A DNA stretch of 64,000 bases from Candidatus Peregrinibacteria bacterium (GTDB taxonomy: Bacteria > Patescibacteriota > Gracilibacteria > Peribacterales > Peribacteraceae). The stretch is taken from positions 24,842-88,841 of the forward strand of contig JABGQH010000011.1 in the NCBI GenBank assembly GCA_018648865.1, given 5' to 3'. The first letter of the stretch is position 1. Each line of letters opens with the position of its first letter. The notes beneath the pieces are model-generated. The model searched no databases. It saw only the letters and a program-made list of their open reading frames with translations, and was not told the DNA's origin. Both the position numbers and the translations under genes were made by a program. Of the stretch, positions 17,061-27,100 are shown piece after piece.

Positions 17061-18266
17061 TCAATTACTCTTTTGCGATGAAAGAAGTTTTTTACCAAGG
17101 AGTAAGTTGACTAGTAGGATAAATACACCCATCCCAATGAGGGCATGTGAAACAGAAAATATTGCAAGTATCTGTTTGCCAACTGTTGTATAAAGCGCAA
17201 AAACAGAAAAGACTACTGATCGAGTCGTAGCAATAGCGTGTCCTGAGGTCTCTTCAACAAGTACGTGGTTCCAAGCCGGTTGCCACAAGCCTTCACCGAT
17301 ATTGAATAAGAAATACAGCAAAATGAGTGATACCCACCAGTCCAAGAAAATACCTGCAGCTATAAGCAATATACCTTGTATTATAGTTCCAATAAGCCAA
17401 CTGGCACGGTAGCCTATACGTTCACCAAGAACATAAGCGTATTTTGCAGAGAGCATTGTGCCGATTGCTGCAAGAGCTATTATGACACCTGAAAACCAAT
17501 CAGGCATACCACCATCGGACATAACAGGAAGCACAATAAGAGGAAAGAAGGCAACGTGATTAGCAAGCGACCGATATACTAAGATTAAACGTAACCGACT
17601 ATTATGTAAGACATTGTTAAATGCCTCCTTTGCTGTGTTTATATTTTCCTTAAATAAAGCAGCAGCAGATTGTTTTCTGCTTTTTAGAGACTGAACATCA
17701 CGTAGTTTATAGACAAGAACGACTAGTGAAGCTGCAAAAATTACATCAATAACAGCAAGTAATCGAAAACCGATATCACCAAACTGAAATAGGATTGCAG
17801 AAGTAACGAGTGGTGTACAAAGTAGAGCAAGCTGTTCATAAAACATAAAACTACCAATCACTTTTCCAAACTCGTCAGACCGCTTTAGTATTGCAAGATT
17901 TTCAGCAAGAAAAGCCTGCCCCGTCCCACTCCAAAAGCTCCAATAGAGCGCACTAAACAGAGATGCAACAATGAACCCCCAAAAATTTGGGAATAGTAAA
18001 ATTGTTACTGCTCCAAGTAAATTACATACCACTGATCGTTGTAGAGAGTATTTACGTCCTATTGTATCAGCAAGAACAGATGTTGGTATTTCAAGAAGCC
18101 AAATAGCAAAAGTAGCAACGTTGGAAATAATGACTATTTCCCAAAGACTAAGTCCAGTATGTGTGTAAAAAAGGGTTATTATAGGCACAAGGAATGTTGC
18201 GCCTGACAAAAAATTTACCCATGATTGGATATGTAAGTTACGCTGCGCAAGTTCTTGTTTGTTCAT
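17061..18266 (-). CDS. MFS transporter
   Basis: About 12 TM helices and an MFS-like loop motif (ADTIGRKY). The start was moved to the internal Met (MNKQELAQ...) to avoid overlapping the upstream gene; the ORF track extends to 18308. Confidence 0.8.
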   Translation of the reverse strand: MNKQELAQRNLHIQSWVNFLSGATFLVPIITLFYTHTGLSLWEIVIISNVATFAIWLLEIPTSVLADTIGRKYSLQRSVVCNLLGAVTILLFPNFWGFIVASLFSALYWSFWSGTGQAFLAENLAILKRSDEFGKVIGSFMFYEQLALLCTPLVTSAILFQFGDIGFRLLAVIDVIFAASLVVLVYKLRDVQSLKSRKQSAAALFKENINTAKEAFNNVLHNSRLRLILVYRSLANHVAFFPLIVLPVMSDGGMPDWFSGVIIALAAIGTMLSAKYAYVLGERIGYRASWLIGTIIQGILLIAAGIFLDWWVSLILLYFLFNIGEGLWQPAWNHVLVEETSGHAIATTRSVVFSVFALYTTVGKQILAIFSVSHALIGMGVFILLVNLLLGKKLLSSQKSN

Positions 18267-18291
18267 AGTCCTACTGTAGCAGAATATGTAT

Positions 18292-18660
18292 CTATATAAG
18301 CTTTTCACCTAATCCATCAGCACCTCCTATTTCTTCTAGTTTCTTTTTCACACGTTGATAACCCTCTTGAAATGTCTGCACCCACGCTATGTAACTCATG
18401 GTATCTACAAAGGCAATATCAATACTTTCGACACCTTGTTTTACTGTTGGTGTAAGTTGACTAATTGGAAGCTGTCCTTTTGGAGCACGTATCTCTCCTG
18501 TATCTATATTCGTGAATGGCTTAGCAATTTTTATCATTTCCTCAAAGAAAACTAGTAAAACCTGCAAGCGCTGTGAATTTCGTCCTGCACCTACTAGCAT
18601 ATCGTCAATGTCCTCTTTTGCAGATTCTGTAGAGCCGAATTTTTCTGGGTCTTTTGGCAT
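18292..18660 (-). CDS. hypothetical protein
   Basis: 122-aa ORF with protein-like composition. Confidence 0.5.
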   Translation of the reverse strand: MPKDPEKFGSTESAKEDIDDMLVGAGRNSQRLQVLLVFFEEMIKIAKPFTNIDTGEIRAPKGQLPISQLTPTVKQGVESIDIAFVDTMSYIAWVQTFQEGYQRVKKKLEEIGGADGLGEKLI

Positions 18661-18759
18661 AGCTGAAATTGTTTCCTTTTTATTTATTATAGCCGAAATG
18701 AATCATTTTGACTAGAATGTACTGCGAGGTGTATCAAGAACCAAAGTGTTTAGATTAAT

Positions 18760-19356
18760 TTAATTCCTCTTACTTCCATTTATTACATACAAGCTAGCAA
18801 GTTTGGGATCTGAACTTGTAAAAGTTTTACTGTCTTTTATTCCTAAGAAATATTCTGCACTGGATTCAAAGTACTTAGATATTTCATTATAAATAGAGCT
18901 GTTATCAAAATGCTTTGTTTTTCGCATATAAGAATCTGGATCTTTTATGTTTTCGTTGTAGAACTCAGATTCAGGATTTAAAAGCATAACTAAAATTAGT
19001 CCTCTATCTTTTAAAACTCTAGATGCTTCTGAAATTGCTTTTTTGTAATCAGTTATAAACTGAAGCGATGCAACAAAAATTACAGCATCAAATTTAGAAT
19101 CTTCTATATCCATATCTTCTGCAGATCCTATTATTGTCCTTAAATCATCTGGAGATCCTGCTATTGCTTCTTTTGAAACATCTAGCCCTGTTACTAGGAA
19201 TCCTGCTTCCATCAATTTCTTTTCTATAATTGCAGGACCACAACCAACACTTAAAACATTTTTGTTATCGCCTAATTTATTCACAATATATTCAAATTCC
19301 TGATTAAACACATCAGTCCAAAAATAAGATTGGCATGTTTTTAGGTAATCACTCAT
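18760..19356 (-). CDS. class I SAM-dependent methyltransferase
   Basis: Motif I VLSVGCGPA, followed by an acidic residue at the end of beta-2 (GLDVS). Confidence 0.8.
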   Translation of the reverse strand: MSDYLKTCQSYFWTDVFNQEFEYIVNKLGDNKNVLSVGCGPAIIEKKLMEAGFLVTGLDVSKEAIAGSPDDLRTIIGSAEDMDIEDSKFDAVIFVASLQFITDYKKAISEASRVLKDRGLILVMLLNPESEFYNENIKDPDSYMRKTKHFDNSSIYNEISKYFESSAEYFLGIKDSKTFTSSDPKLASLYVINGSKRN

Positions 19357-19370
19357 AAATTTAATAGGAA

Positions 19371-19976
19371 TTAATTGTTCACAAACATTATTGCACAGCC
19401 ACTTTCAAAAGTAATTTCTATTTGATCAGATACAGCCTTGTTTCTAACACTAATTATATCCCCTAGTTCTAGGGAGGTATGATCAAGTTCGAATAGTAAT
19501 CCTTTAGATTTTATATTTTCTATTTTGGGAAAAGGCAAAATTGAAATTGTCTTGTTCAATACATTGTTTAAAGAAGTATTTCCTTTCATAAAAAAGAAAT
19601 ATTGTTCTGGCTCAATAAATACGATATTAACTTTGTCTTTGTATTTTTTTGCCACAGAAAGGTTGCCCATAAAATGATCCAATTGCCCTCCAGTTGCTCC
19701 ATATACATCAATTTCCTCGAACTTATCTAGCAAATGTTCTAAAGCTTTTTCAAAATCTGTGTAGTTTTGGTCAGATACTTTAACTAATTCAACATCAACT
19801 AAATTAGTATTTTCTAACGAATCTAAATCCCCTATTACAGCAACGATATTGGGGAATAGTTTTTTAATTTTAATAAATGCACCATCCGCACAATAAATAG
19901 GTGATGAGAGGTTAATATTCTTTAGCCATTCTAAATCTAAATCTCCATTTAGGAATAAATTTGCTTTTTCTTGCAT
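19371..19976 (-). CDS. thiamine diphosphokinase
   Basis: IGDLDSL, YTDFEKAL and GATGGQLDHFMGNL match the TPK catalytic-domain pattern. Confidence 0.8.
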   Translation of the reverse strand: MQEKANLFLNGDLDLEWLKNINLSSPIYCADGAFIKIKKLFPNIVAVIGDLDSLENTNLVDVELVKVSDQNYTDFEKALEHLLDKFEEIDVYGATGGQLDHFMGNLSVAKKYKDKVNIVFIEPEQYFFFMKGNTSLNNVLNKTISILPFPKIENIKSKGLLFELDHTSLELGDIISVRNKAVSDQIEITFESGCAIMFVNN

Positions 19977-20217
19977 AGCACCAATAGGGTCGCATGCAGA
20001 TTAGAAATGTGCAATAAATTTAATCTTCTCTAATTCAACTAACCATCTCGGCGTAGTTCGCTGAGCGAACGAAGATGATTGGCTGGGGCGGTGGATGATT
20101 TTAGAAATATATCGATTTTCGAATTGCCCGGCTTCGTCTGCGGACTACGCCGTGGCATCCTTTCAACTGCTATAAAAAAGCCAATCTCGGCGTAGCTCTC
20201 ACAGGAGCGTAGACGGA

Positions 20218-20292
20218 TGGCTGGGGAGGAGGGATTCGAACCCCCGAATGCATGGACCAAAACCATGTGCCTTACCACTTGGCGACTCCCCA
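20218..20292 (-). tRNA. tRNA-Gln (anticodon UUG), CCA encoded
   Basis: Hand-folded cloverleaf: acceptor UGGGGAG/CUCCCCA, anticodon loop UUUUGGU, T-arm GGGGG-UUCGAAU-CCCUC, discriminator G. Confidence 0.9.
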
Positions 20293-20487
20293 ATGCGACC
20301 GAGACATTAACATATCTATCTTACTTAAGTATACGTAAATTCTATTAAACCTTATATATAAAATTCAGAAAGTATTTTTACGAATTAAACTGATAAATAA
20401 ATACATCTTGTTGCGCTTTTCCTTGCGCACACGTTTACAGCTGTATACACTCTTTCAGCTTACTAAATATAGATAGCACCTAATTTT

Positions 20488-20883
20488 ATGTTCGTAATCG
20501 TAGACATCGCAGGGTTTCAAGAAAAGGTTTCCGAAGGAGATACTCTTCAAGTGCCTACATTAAGCGCAAAAGACGGTGAAACTGTTAAATTCGATAATGT
20601 GTTACTAGTTGCAAAAAGCGATACAGATATAACAGTTGGAACACCAAGTATTGCAGGTGCTAGCGTAACAGCAAAAGTTGTTACCCATGGTAAAGCAGAC
20701 AAAATTAGAGTGTTTAAGATGAAAAGAAGGAAAAGATACAGAAAAGTACAAGGTCACAGACAAGGTTATACAAATATCGAAATCACAAAAATCACTACTG
20801 GTGGTTCAGCTGCTCCTAAAAAGACAGCTACAAAAGCAGCTCCAGCTGTAAAAAAGGAAGAAAAAGTAGCAGAAGAGAAATAG
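20488..20883 (+). CDS. rplU: 50S ribosomal protein L21 with Lys/Ala-rich C-terminal tail
   Basis: MFVIVDIAGFQEKV...KIRVFKMKRRKRYRKVQGHRQ is canonical L21. It has about 25 extra C-terminal residues. Confidence 0.95.
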   Translation: MFVIVDIAGFQEKVSEGDTLQVPTLSAKDGETVKFDNVLLVAKSDTDITVGTPSIAGASVTAKVVTHGKADKIRVFKMKRRKRYRKVQGHRQGYTNIEITKITTGGSAAPKKTATKAAPAVKKEEKVAEEK

Positions 20884-20885
20884 TA

Positions 20886-21353
20886 TTAAGATTTATAACT
20901 AAAACGAGGATTTCCAGGAACCTCTCCTCTTTCTATACGAGAATGCATAATAAACCACTGACTTGTAGATGAAAGACTCATTAATTCTTGTGGTGTCCAA
21001 TCCTCTGGATTTTTTAATAATGCTTCAAATTTGATCTTACAATGATTAACTGCGTCACAAACAGCATCTAGTGCAGCTAGACCATAGTCCTTTCCTAATG
21101 ATTCCTCTCTTTCTAGCTGCTGCAAAACAGTATCTTCTGGGGTTACAATTGGTGGATCTTGCAACGGACCAAAATCATATACATTAATTAATCTTTGCCT
21201 TAACTTTCTTGCAAGCACTATTAATGGAGCAGAAATAGCAGATGGTCCAATGGACCTAATATCTGAAATAGTTATAAGCTCACAATCAGCTCTCCAATAA
21301 AAAGTATTTGCATTTAGATCACCTGCTGCCGAAAGGACTTCGTCTCTATTCAC
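20886..21353 (-). CDS. hypothetical protein (last gene of the acidic-protein/nuclease operon)
   Basis: 155-aa ORF. Confidence 0.5.
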   Translation of the reverse strand: MNRDEVLSAAGDLNANTFYWRADCELITISDIRSIGPSAISAPLIVLARKLRQRLINVYDFGPLQDPPIVTPEDTVLQQLEREESLGKDYGLAALDAVCDAVNHCKIKFEALLKNPEDWTPQELMSLSSTSQWFIMHSRIERGEVPGNPRFSYKS

Positions 21354-21406
21354 AAATATATCAAAGCAGACATATATAAGTAATAGAAGTTTAAATTCAA
21401 ATTAAA

Positions 21407-21697
21407 TTATTTCTTCTTCCTCTTTTCCTTAAGGATTTTTTTCGCTTCCCTTCTTACTCTTCTTTCAATTTTTAAATGATCCTTTGCGAGTCTACGCATT
21501 TCTTTATCATTTCTATCTATACCAAATAGATCTACATAATCAAATATTGGATTTCCAAAAGCATCAATCTCAAAATCAATCTCAGGATCAAGTCCCATTA
21601 AATCATCTATCTCCTTTGGAGTTAATCCACAAATATCTGCCTGATCCTCATTTGGATCAGAACTAGTATCAGACGTGGTTTGTTTTAAGGTTTTCAT
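21407..21697 (-). CDS. hypothetical protein with acidic N-terminal half and basic C-terminal tail
   Basis: 96-aa ORF. Confidence 0.5.
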   Translation of the reverse strand: MKTLKQTTSDTSSDPNEDQADICGLTPKEIDDLMGLDPEIDFEIDAFGNPIFDYVDLFGIDRNDKEMRRLAKDHLKIERRVRREAKKILKEKRKKK

Positions 21698-21718
21698 TTT
21701 TTTTATCTATAAATTATC

Positions 21719-22069
21719 CTATTCATCAAGAATATCTCTTGTACGTCTTCTAGAACCCTTTCTTACTTTTGTAATTCTAAGAGTAAGATTCCGAAGCTCT
21801 TCCTCATCAAGATCTACACCTTTTAAATATGAATCTATTTCCTGATCAGTTAGATCACCATCATCGGAAACAACATTCATAACTGAAACATCTAGATTAC
21901 CTCTGAAAAAAGCATCGATCTGTCTTTGCGAAAGACCAGCAGCCAAAAGATCTTCTCTACTTATGCTTGCCTCTTCGATATGAGCATTAGCTCTTTCTCT
22001 TCTTACTGGATTACCTTGGAATAAATTTCTCATATTATAATATGTGTAACTACTATTACTAATTCTCAT
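21719..22069 (-). CDS. hypothetical protein
   Basis: 116-aa ORF that overlaps the upstream gene end by 11 nt. An alternative start is at Met13. Confidence 0.5.
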   Translation of the reverse strand: MRISNSSYTYYNMRNLFQGNPVRRERANAHIEEASISREDLLAAGLSQRQIDAFFRGNLDVSVMNVVSDDGDLTDQEIDSYLKGVDLDEEELRNLTLRITKVRKGSRRRTRDILDE

Positions 22070-22343
22070 CCAAACAATTCTGCATCAATGCTGCAGAATC
22101 AGAGGCAACTAAATCTATATCATCAGTAACATCAGTAGACACCTCAATTGAATCTAAAATAGGATCTAAATCCTGAATATCTTCTACTATATGTCCATCT
22201 TCTAATGGTCCATTATCATGTTCCTGATCAATTATTGCCTCATAAATATCATCATCCGAAAGAGATGGAGTGCGAACGCTTGGATCGTAACCAGTTCTAG
22301 GAGGCATTCCTCCTCCATGTGGATGTAATTTTGATTTAGTCAT
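22059..22343 (-). CDS. hypothetical highly acidic protein
   Basis: 94 aa, with roughly one residue in four D or E. Confidence 0.55.
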   Translation of the reverse strand: MTKSKLHPHGGGMPPRTGYDPSVRTPSLSDDDIYEAIIDQEHDNGPLEDGHIVEDIQDLDPILDSIEVSTDVTDDIDLVASDSAALMQNCLDEN

Positions 22344-22380
22344 AATATGAAAGTTTGTAGTAAATAAGACTACTGATTGC

Positions 22381-22605
22381 CTATTTTTTATTAATCAGTT
22401 TGTTGTAGCTATGCCTTAATGGATCTAATAATCTTGCAAATAACGGATCCTCTTTCAAATCATCTAGATTCTCTACTTCAAAAGAATCATCATCGTCTAG
22501 CAATGGATCCCCCTGGCTTCTTAAGTCCGCAATTTCCTGATCTGTAGCACCTTCGTCCCTCATGCTTACTTCACTAACTTGAGTTCCAATTTCTGAGTCT
22601 TTCAT
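22381..22605 (-). CDS. hypothetical highly acidic protein
   Basis: 74 aa, with roughly one residue in four D or E, including a DDDD run. Confidence 0.55.
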   Translation of the reverse strand: MKDSEIGTQVSEVSMRDEGATDQEIADLRSQGDPLLDDDDSFEVENLDDLKEDPLFARLLDPLRHSYNKLINKK

Positions 22606-22640
22606 AGTAATATTATAGGATGTAAATAAAGATATGTCAA

Positions 22641-23180
22641 TTATTGTTTACACATTTCCCAAAGTCCTTTATTCCCCTCTTTTGCTAAATCCTCCAATTG
22701 CTCATAAATTTCTGCACGGGGGTGAGTAAACCATTCATAATTCTCTACCAAACCTTCCTGAATTAAGAGTGCTCCGATATCCTCTCCAGAAAGCTCTAAA
22801 TACATTAATAATCGCCCATATTTATCTCTTTTATCATCTGATCCACGTTCAAGAGAGACATATTCATTCAAAACTAATTCAGATAAACGATCAGTTGCCT
22901 CATTAAAGTAACACTCCTCTTTTTCTGGTGCGTCTATTCCTACTATTCTAACGTGTTCCTCTGTAAATGAATTAGGCTTAACAACAACTGTATCGCCATC
23001 TATAACCCTAGAAACAGGGCCAACAAGAGCTACGGTAACAGGTTGTTGATCAGCAGTTTCATCTATTTTAATTGGAACAGAGTTGTCATTATCTCTTGAA
23101 TAAATCAGAGCTCCATTCACTAATAAAACGAATACGAAAATGCCGAATATGATGAATATTTTAAACTTGTTCATTAGCAA
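22641..23180 (-). CDS. membrane-anchored or secreted thermonuclease (staphylococcal nuclease, SNase family)
   Basis: N-terminal TM or signal helix, then VIDGDTVVV, VRIVGIDAPE and YGRLLMYL motifs. Confidence 0.85.
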   Translation of the reverse strand: MLMNKFKIFIIFGIFVFVLLVNGALIYSRDNDNSVPIKIDETADQQPVTVALVGPVSRVIDGDTVVVKPNSFTEEHVRIVGIDAPEKEECYFNEATDRLSELVLNEYVSLERGSDDKRDKYGRLLMYLELSGEDIGALLIQEGLVENYEWFTHPRAEIYEQLEDLAKEGNKGLWEMCKQ

Positions 23181-23430
23181 AGGCTGGTAAATCTAGAGGT
23201 AATTGATCTTCACAATATGCAATAAATGGGTCCTCTGGTGCGTATTCTTTTTTTCTAAGAAGCTCTCTATATGCATTGCCCCATTCAATATTCATACCAA
23301 TAAGAATTTCTATTTGATCTGGATTTTTAACAACACCCGCCTGATAAAGCCTGAGTAAATCAAGATCTACTGGGCGTTTAGATAAATCTATAATACCTCC
23401 GTCAAATAGCTTTGGAACATTAAGAAGCAT
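23161..23430 (-). CDS. hypothetical protein (first gene of the operon; overlaps the nuclease start by 20 nt)
   Basis: 89-aa ORF. Confidence 0.5.
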   Translation of the reverse strand: MLLNVPKLFDGGIIDLSKRPVDLDLLRLYQAGVVKNPDQIEILIGMNIEWGNAYRELLRKKEYAPEDPFIAYCEDQLPLDLPAFANEQV

Positions 23431-23693
23431 TACTATTGTTAGTAATTATTTACAGCACCGTTATACGCCTAATATCTTGTATTGCAAGTTTTGATATCGA
23501 TCACTCAAAATTTGACTTAGGCAGTAAACCCGCTATTGTAACCACGTTATGCAAATAAGTCTTCGTAAGCTAATGATGATGAAGAAGACAACCTCCCAAA
23601 TCGGGAAGGGCAACTGCTAACGCGTAAATAGATAAATTAGCAATAGTCCCGACCCGCGGGGCTTTTTTTGTATATATTTTCCAAATTACTACC

Positions 23694-24134
23694 ATGTCTA
23701 TATCTACAGAATCAAATATAGATGTTATCGAATGCAATATGCCAATTAGCGCAGAGCAAAGGGAAAAACTCACTGCAGAGATAAAATGGCTACAAGGAAA
23801 TGTGCGGCAGAAAATCGCATGGTTCACAACTCCCCCGAACTGGCTGATTAATAAAGAGACAGGGGAAGAAAGACTCTGCCTATACTCATTTGATTCATTC
23901 TGCCCATTACAAGACGCAGATGACTTAAGGATATTTGAACATATTGATTTAGGGCTAAATATAATCATAAAACTTATCAAAACGAACCAAGGAGGAGTTA
24001 GAGAAGCAATTTGCAAGCTAATTGAATATGTTGAAAACAATATTGGCGATGAGGCAAAATCATGCCGAGTAAATGTGTATCAAATACTTTGTTGGTATAA
24101 CGGATTCGCTGCAATTCACAAAAATGGACTTTAA
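23694..24134 (+). CDS. hypothetical protein upstream of the adhesin genes
   Basis: 146-aa ORF with normal composition. The overlapping minus ORF 23570-24040 is Ser/Ile/Phe-rich and looks like antisense noise. Confidence 0.45.
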   Translation: MSISTESNIDVIECNMPISAEQREKLTAEIKWLQGNVRQKIAWFTTPPNWLINKETGEERLCLYSFDSFCPLQDADDLRIFEHIDLGLNIIIKLIKTNQGGVREAICKLIEYVENNIGDEAKSCRVNVYQILCWYNGFAAIHKNGL

Positions 24135-24188
24135 TAATATGTAGTTATTAAAAACATATTTTTAACATTTGACAAAAGGCAGAATACC

Positions 24189-27100
24189 ATGCAGAATATT
24201 CTCCTTATTTTCCAAAGTAGTCCAATGCTACCTAAATCTCTTTGTTCCACAAAGTTCGCTCTTATATTCGCAGCAGCTCTGGTAACTGTTAGTGTGCCAT
24301 TTGCAGTATTCGGTCAACAGTTCAGCCCAAATGTAGATTTGAGTGTCCAGATTCAAGGTCCTAGTGGATCTAGTGTTAATGCTGGTAGTACAATTTCTTA
24401 TACATATACAGCAAATAATAGTGGTCCAGACTCAGCAATGGATGTAACTGTCACGGGTAATATTCCAAACGGACTTAGTTATAATTCAGCACAAACAAGC
24501 AATGATTGTGTTTTAAACGGACAGCAAATTCACTGTCATACACTTTCTATGCAATCAAATAGTACGAAACAATACACTGTTTCATTTGATGTTACTGCTA
24601 GCCCATCATTTTGTAATCAAACGATATCTAACGCTGTAAGTATTTCTACATCCAGTACAGAGACTAATCCTACAAACAATCAAAGTAATACTACTTACCA
24701 CACTGTGCACTGCGCACCAGTAGAAGCAGATATGGAGATTACAAAAGTTGCATCCCCTACTGTTTTAATAAGCGGAATTGTTTATTATGAATTAACTGTA
24801 AAAAATAAAGGACCAGCAAATGCTACAAATATTGTTGTAACAGATACAGTGCCAACTGGACTTGCATTCGACTCAGGAAACAGTGATTCAAGCTGTTTTT
24901 TGCAAGGCAACAGTGTTAAATGTACTGCAAATAGCTTGAATAATAACTCTATAAAAGTATTTAACATTGCCTTTACCATTAGTGACCAAGAATCATGTGG
25001 AGAAGTAATATTAAATAGAGCATCTGTAGAAGCAGATCAAAACGATCCTGTTTCTAATAACAACACTAGCAATTTTGTTTACACAACAATCTTGTGTGAA
25101 AAGGCAGATCTATCCATCACTAAGAGTGGACCAAGTACAGTAGATGCAGGTGGAACAATCTTGTACACATTAACCGCAACCAATAACGGACCAGCAGAGG
25201 GAGAAAGTATTACAGTATCTGATCCTGTACCAAATGGACTTACCTTTAATGCTGCGCAAAGCAGCTCTAATTGCGTATTAAACAGCTATGATTCTGTAGT
25301 TCACTGTAATAGTTTTAGTTTAAACGCGTTGCAAAGCAAAACTATAAACATTGCATTTGATGTTCCAGAAAATGGTTTCTGTAGCTCTACTATTTACAAT
25401 AGTGGAACTGTTTCTGGTCAGTCTACTGACCTAAACCCAAGCAATAATCAAAGTAATACTGTTAGTACAGTTGTTGAATGTGAAGGTGAGCCAGAACTAT
25501 CTATTTCTAAAACAGACGGCAGAACAACAGTAAACGCAGGGGAAAGCCTAACCTACGAAATAACAGTAACTAATCACTCAAACATAGAAGCTACAGGTGT
25601 AGATATATTAGATACGTTGCCAAGCAATGTAGTTCTTATGAAAATTGATGGAAACCTAGTATCACCTACTGGAACAACAGTTACATGGGATAATCAAACT
25701 ATCCCTGCAAACCAATCAAAGATATACACCATTACTGTTGGAGTAGATTCAAATACTCCTGACCAAACTGTTCTAACAAATACGGTTCAAATAACAAATG
25801 GACCAACTGCTATAGATACAACAACCGTACTAAATGGGAATAGCGAAATGGGATGTATAGAAATTGTGAAAGAGACATTTAATACAGAGGGGAATCTGAT
25901 TTCACCTGTTGCACAATTTACTTTTCTACTTAATGGAGGAGCTCAAACAACAGTAAATAATAGTAATGGAGAAGCAATGTTTCTAAATGTACCTGCTGGA
26001 CTACACACAGTTACAGAGATTGTACCAAACAACTGGGAACAGTTGTCTGTTACTCCAACAAATGGAGAAGTAGTTGTGAGTGTTGGAAACAATTGTTCTG
26101 CTGTTTATTTCAAAAATAAACAAGTAATTGACGTCGACCCTACATTCTCTATTTCTAAAACAGATAATAGAACTACAGCAGAAATTGGAGACGTACTCTC
26201 TTATCAAATTTCAGTTACAAATACATCAAATGTGACTGCTACAGGAGTAACTATAGAAGACACTCTACCATTAGAATTAACGCTAGAAACAACAAGTGGT
26301 AATGCTAATTTGAATGGTCAAATAATTACTTGGACTGATCTATCTTTCAGTACAGGAGAAACAAAAATATTCACAATTACTGCATCTGTAAAATCCAATA
26401 TTAATGATGGAGTAGTAATTCTAAACCAAGCAAGAGTAGTGGATGGACCATCTACTACTGATACCACAACTGTGGTATCAGAAGGAGAAGCAGATCTAAG
26501 TATTTCTAAAACAGATAATAGATCTACAGTAGAAAATGGAGAGACTCTAAACTACATAATTACTATTACTAATAACTCATCTATAGATGCAAATAGCGTA
26601 GAAATAAAAGACACTCTACCGAATGACACAACTTACGTTAGTTCATCTAATGGAGGATCAGCGAATGGGCACATAATCACATGGGACCAGGTTTCAATTT
26701 CTGCCAATTCATCTGTTCAACTAAGTGTTAATGCAAGTGTTAATAGCAATACAAGCAATGGAACTATACTACTTAACACTGTTCAAATTGTTGGTGGAAA
26801 CAGTGCAACAGATTCAACAACTGTAACCAGCAACACAACAAACGATGTAACAATAGATATCACAGATCAAACTGATCCAGTTAGGCCAAGTGATGTGTTC
26901 TGTTACTCAATACGTGTAACTAACTTAAATAGCAATCCAGTAGTAGATGCTACTGTAACTCAAACATTAGATTCTCAGACCTCTTATACTTCATCTACAG
27001 ATGGAGGAAGCCATAGCAGTGGGTTGATTACATGGGATAATGTAGATATTTCTGGAACAGGCACAAAAACACTAAACTCTTGTGTCCGTGTAGACAGCAA

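Noticed and set aside
20039-20293. An 84-aa ORF on the minus strand.
   Set aside because: It overlaps tRNA-Gln and its GC-rich flank, and the tRNA cloverleaf explains the sequence.
23574-23621. A 15-codon mini-ORF (MMMKKTTSQIGKGNC), followed about 30 nt later by a CCCGCGGGG-T7 terminator-like sequence upstream of the adhesin locus.
   Set aside because: It is too short and has no Shine-Dalgarno. The hairpin is only a 4-bp self-complementary GC block. There is not enough evidence for a leader peptide or small RNA.
23570-24040. A 156-aa minus-strand ORF.
   Set aside because: Its Ser/Ile/Phe/Cys-rich composition is typical of the antisense of an AT-rich gene. The plus-strand ORF 23694-24134 has normal composition. 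Even that call is only moderate confidence.
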